Of a stretch of 64,000 nt of DNA, positions 63,560 through 64,000 are shown one piece after another. The notes under the pieces were generated by a model that had not been told where the DNA came from, searched no databases, and saw only the letters and a program-made list of their open reading frames with translations. The first letter of the stretch is position 1. The number at the start of each line of letters is the position of its first letter. Both the position numbers and the translations under genes were made by a program. The DNA is taken from positions 203,486,001 to 203,550,000 of the forward strand of contig NC_086100.1 of the NCBI RefSeq assembly GCF_963921235.1, read 5' to 3'. Source of the stretch: Mobula hypostoma. Lineage: Eukaryota.

Positions 63560-64000
63560 TCTGTTTTATACAGACGCACCAACAGTAACAGAAACATCGA
63601 GGAGCAGGCAGGGAGGCGGATTCTGGAAGGGTGCAACAATAATTCGGTGCTAGTAATGGGTAATTTTAACTTTCCTAAACTTGAATGGCGTCTCCTTAGA
63701 GGAAGGAGTTTGGATGGATTGGAGTTGGTTAGGTCTGTTCAGGAAGGTTTCCTGACGCAGTACGTAGATAAGCCAACTAGAGGAGAGGCTGTTCTTGATC
63801 TGGTATTGGGAAATGAACCTGGTCAGTGTGAGATTGTTCGGTGAGTGAGCGTTTTGGCGGTAGTGATCACCTCTCATCTACTTCACCATAGCGCTGGAGC
63901 GAGATAGGAGCACACCGTATAGATAAACATTTAATTTGGGTAGGGGGAGATAGCATGCTATTAGGCAGAAAGTCAGGAGCATACAGTGGTATGCAAAGGT

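Larger units (their letters stand above)
58170..64000 (+). mobile_element. Degraded CR1 (ORF1 end plus APE; 58170-59154 and 63572-64000) interrupted by Rex1 and a further LINE
   Basis: VVITETW before the insertion; MGNFNFP..PTRGEAVLDLVL after it. Confidence 0.7.

Overview
Repeat-dense vertebrate DNA, most likely a cartilaginous fish (inferred from the CR1/Rex1/Penelope/Gmr1 mix). The only apparent host genes are two divergently oriented, KRAB-less C2H2 zinc-finger genes (minus 15671-17263; plus about 38867/38978-40237). They belong to an old inverted segmental duplication of about 47 kb (arms about 11.5-27.4 kb and 32.0-58.2 kb). The duplication also copied an NRF1-rich CpG promoter, candidate splice sites and old TE fossils, and each arm has since gained its own nested insertions and minisatellite. 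The rest is transposon sequence: CR1 LINEs (two near full length), two Gmr1-type Gypsy elements (integrase before RT, tRNA-Pro PBS), a solo LTR, an L1, Rex1/Babar fragments, Penelope-like elements with minimal hammerhead ribozymes and long inverted repeats, and a CR1-group LINE with a 2A-like NPGP motif plus PHD finger. All alignments were made by eye, so boundaries without a stated TSD are approximate.
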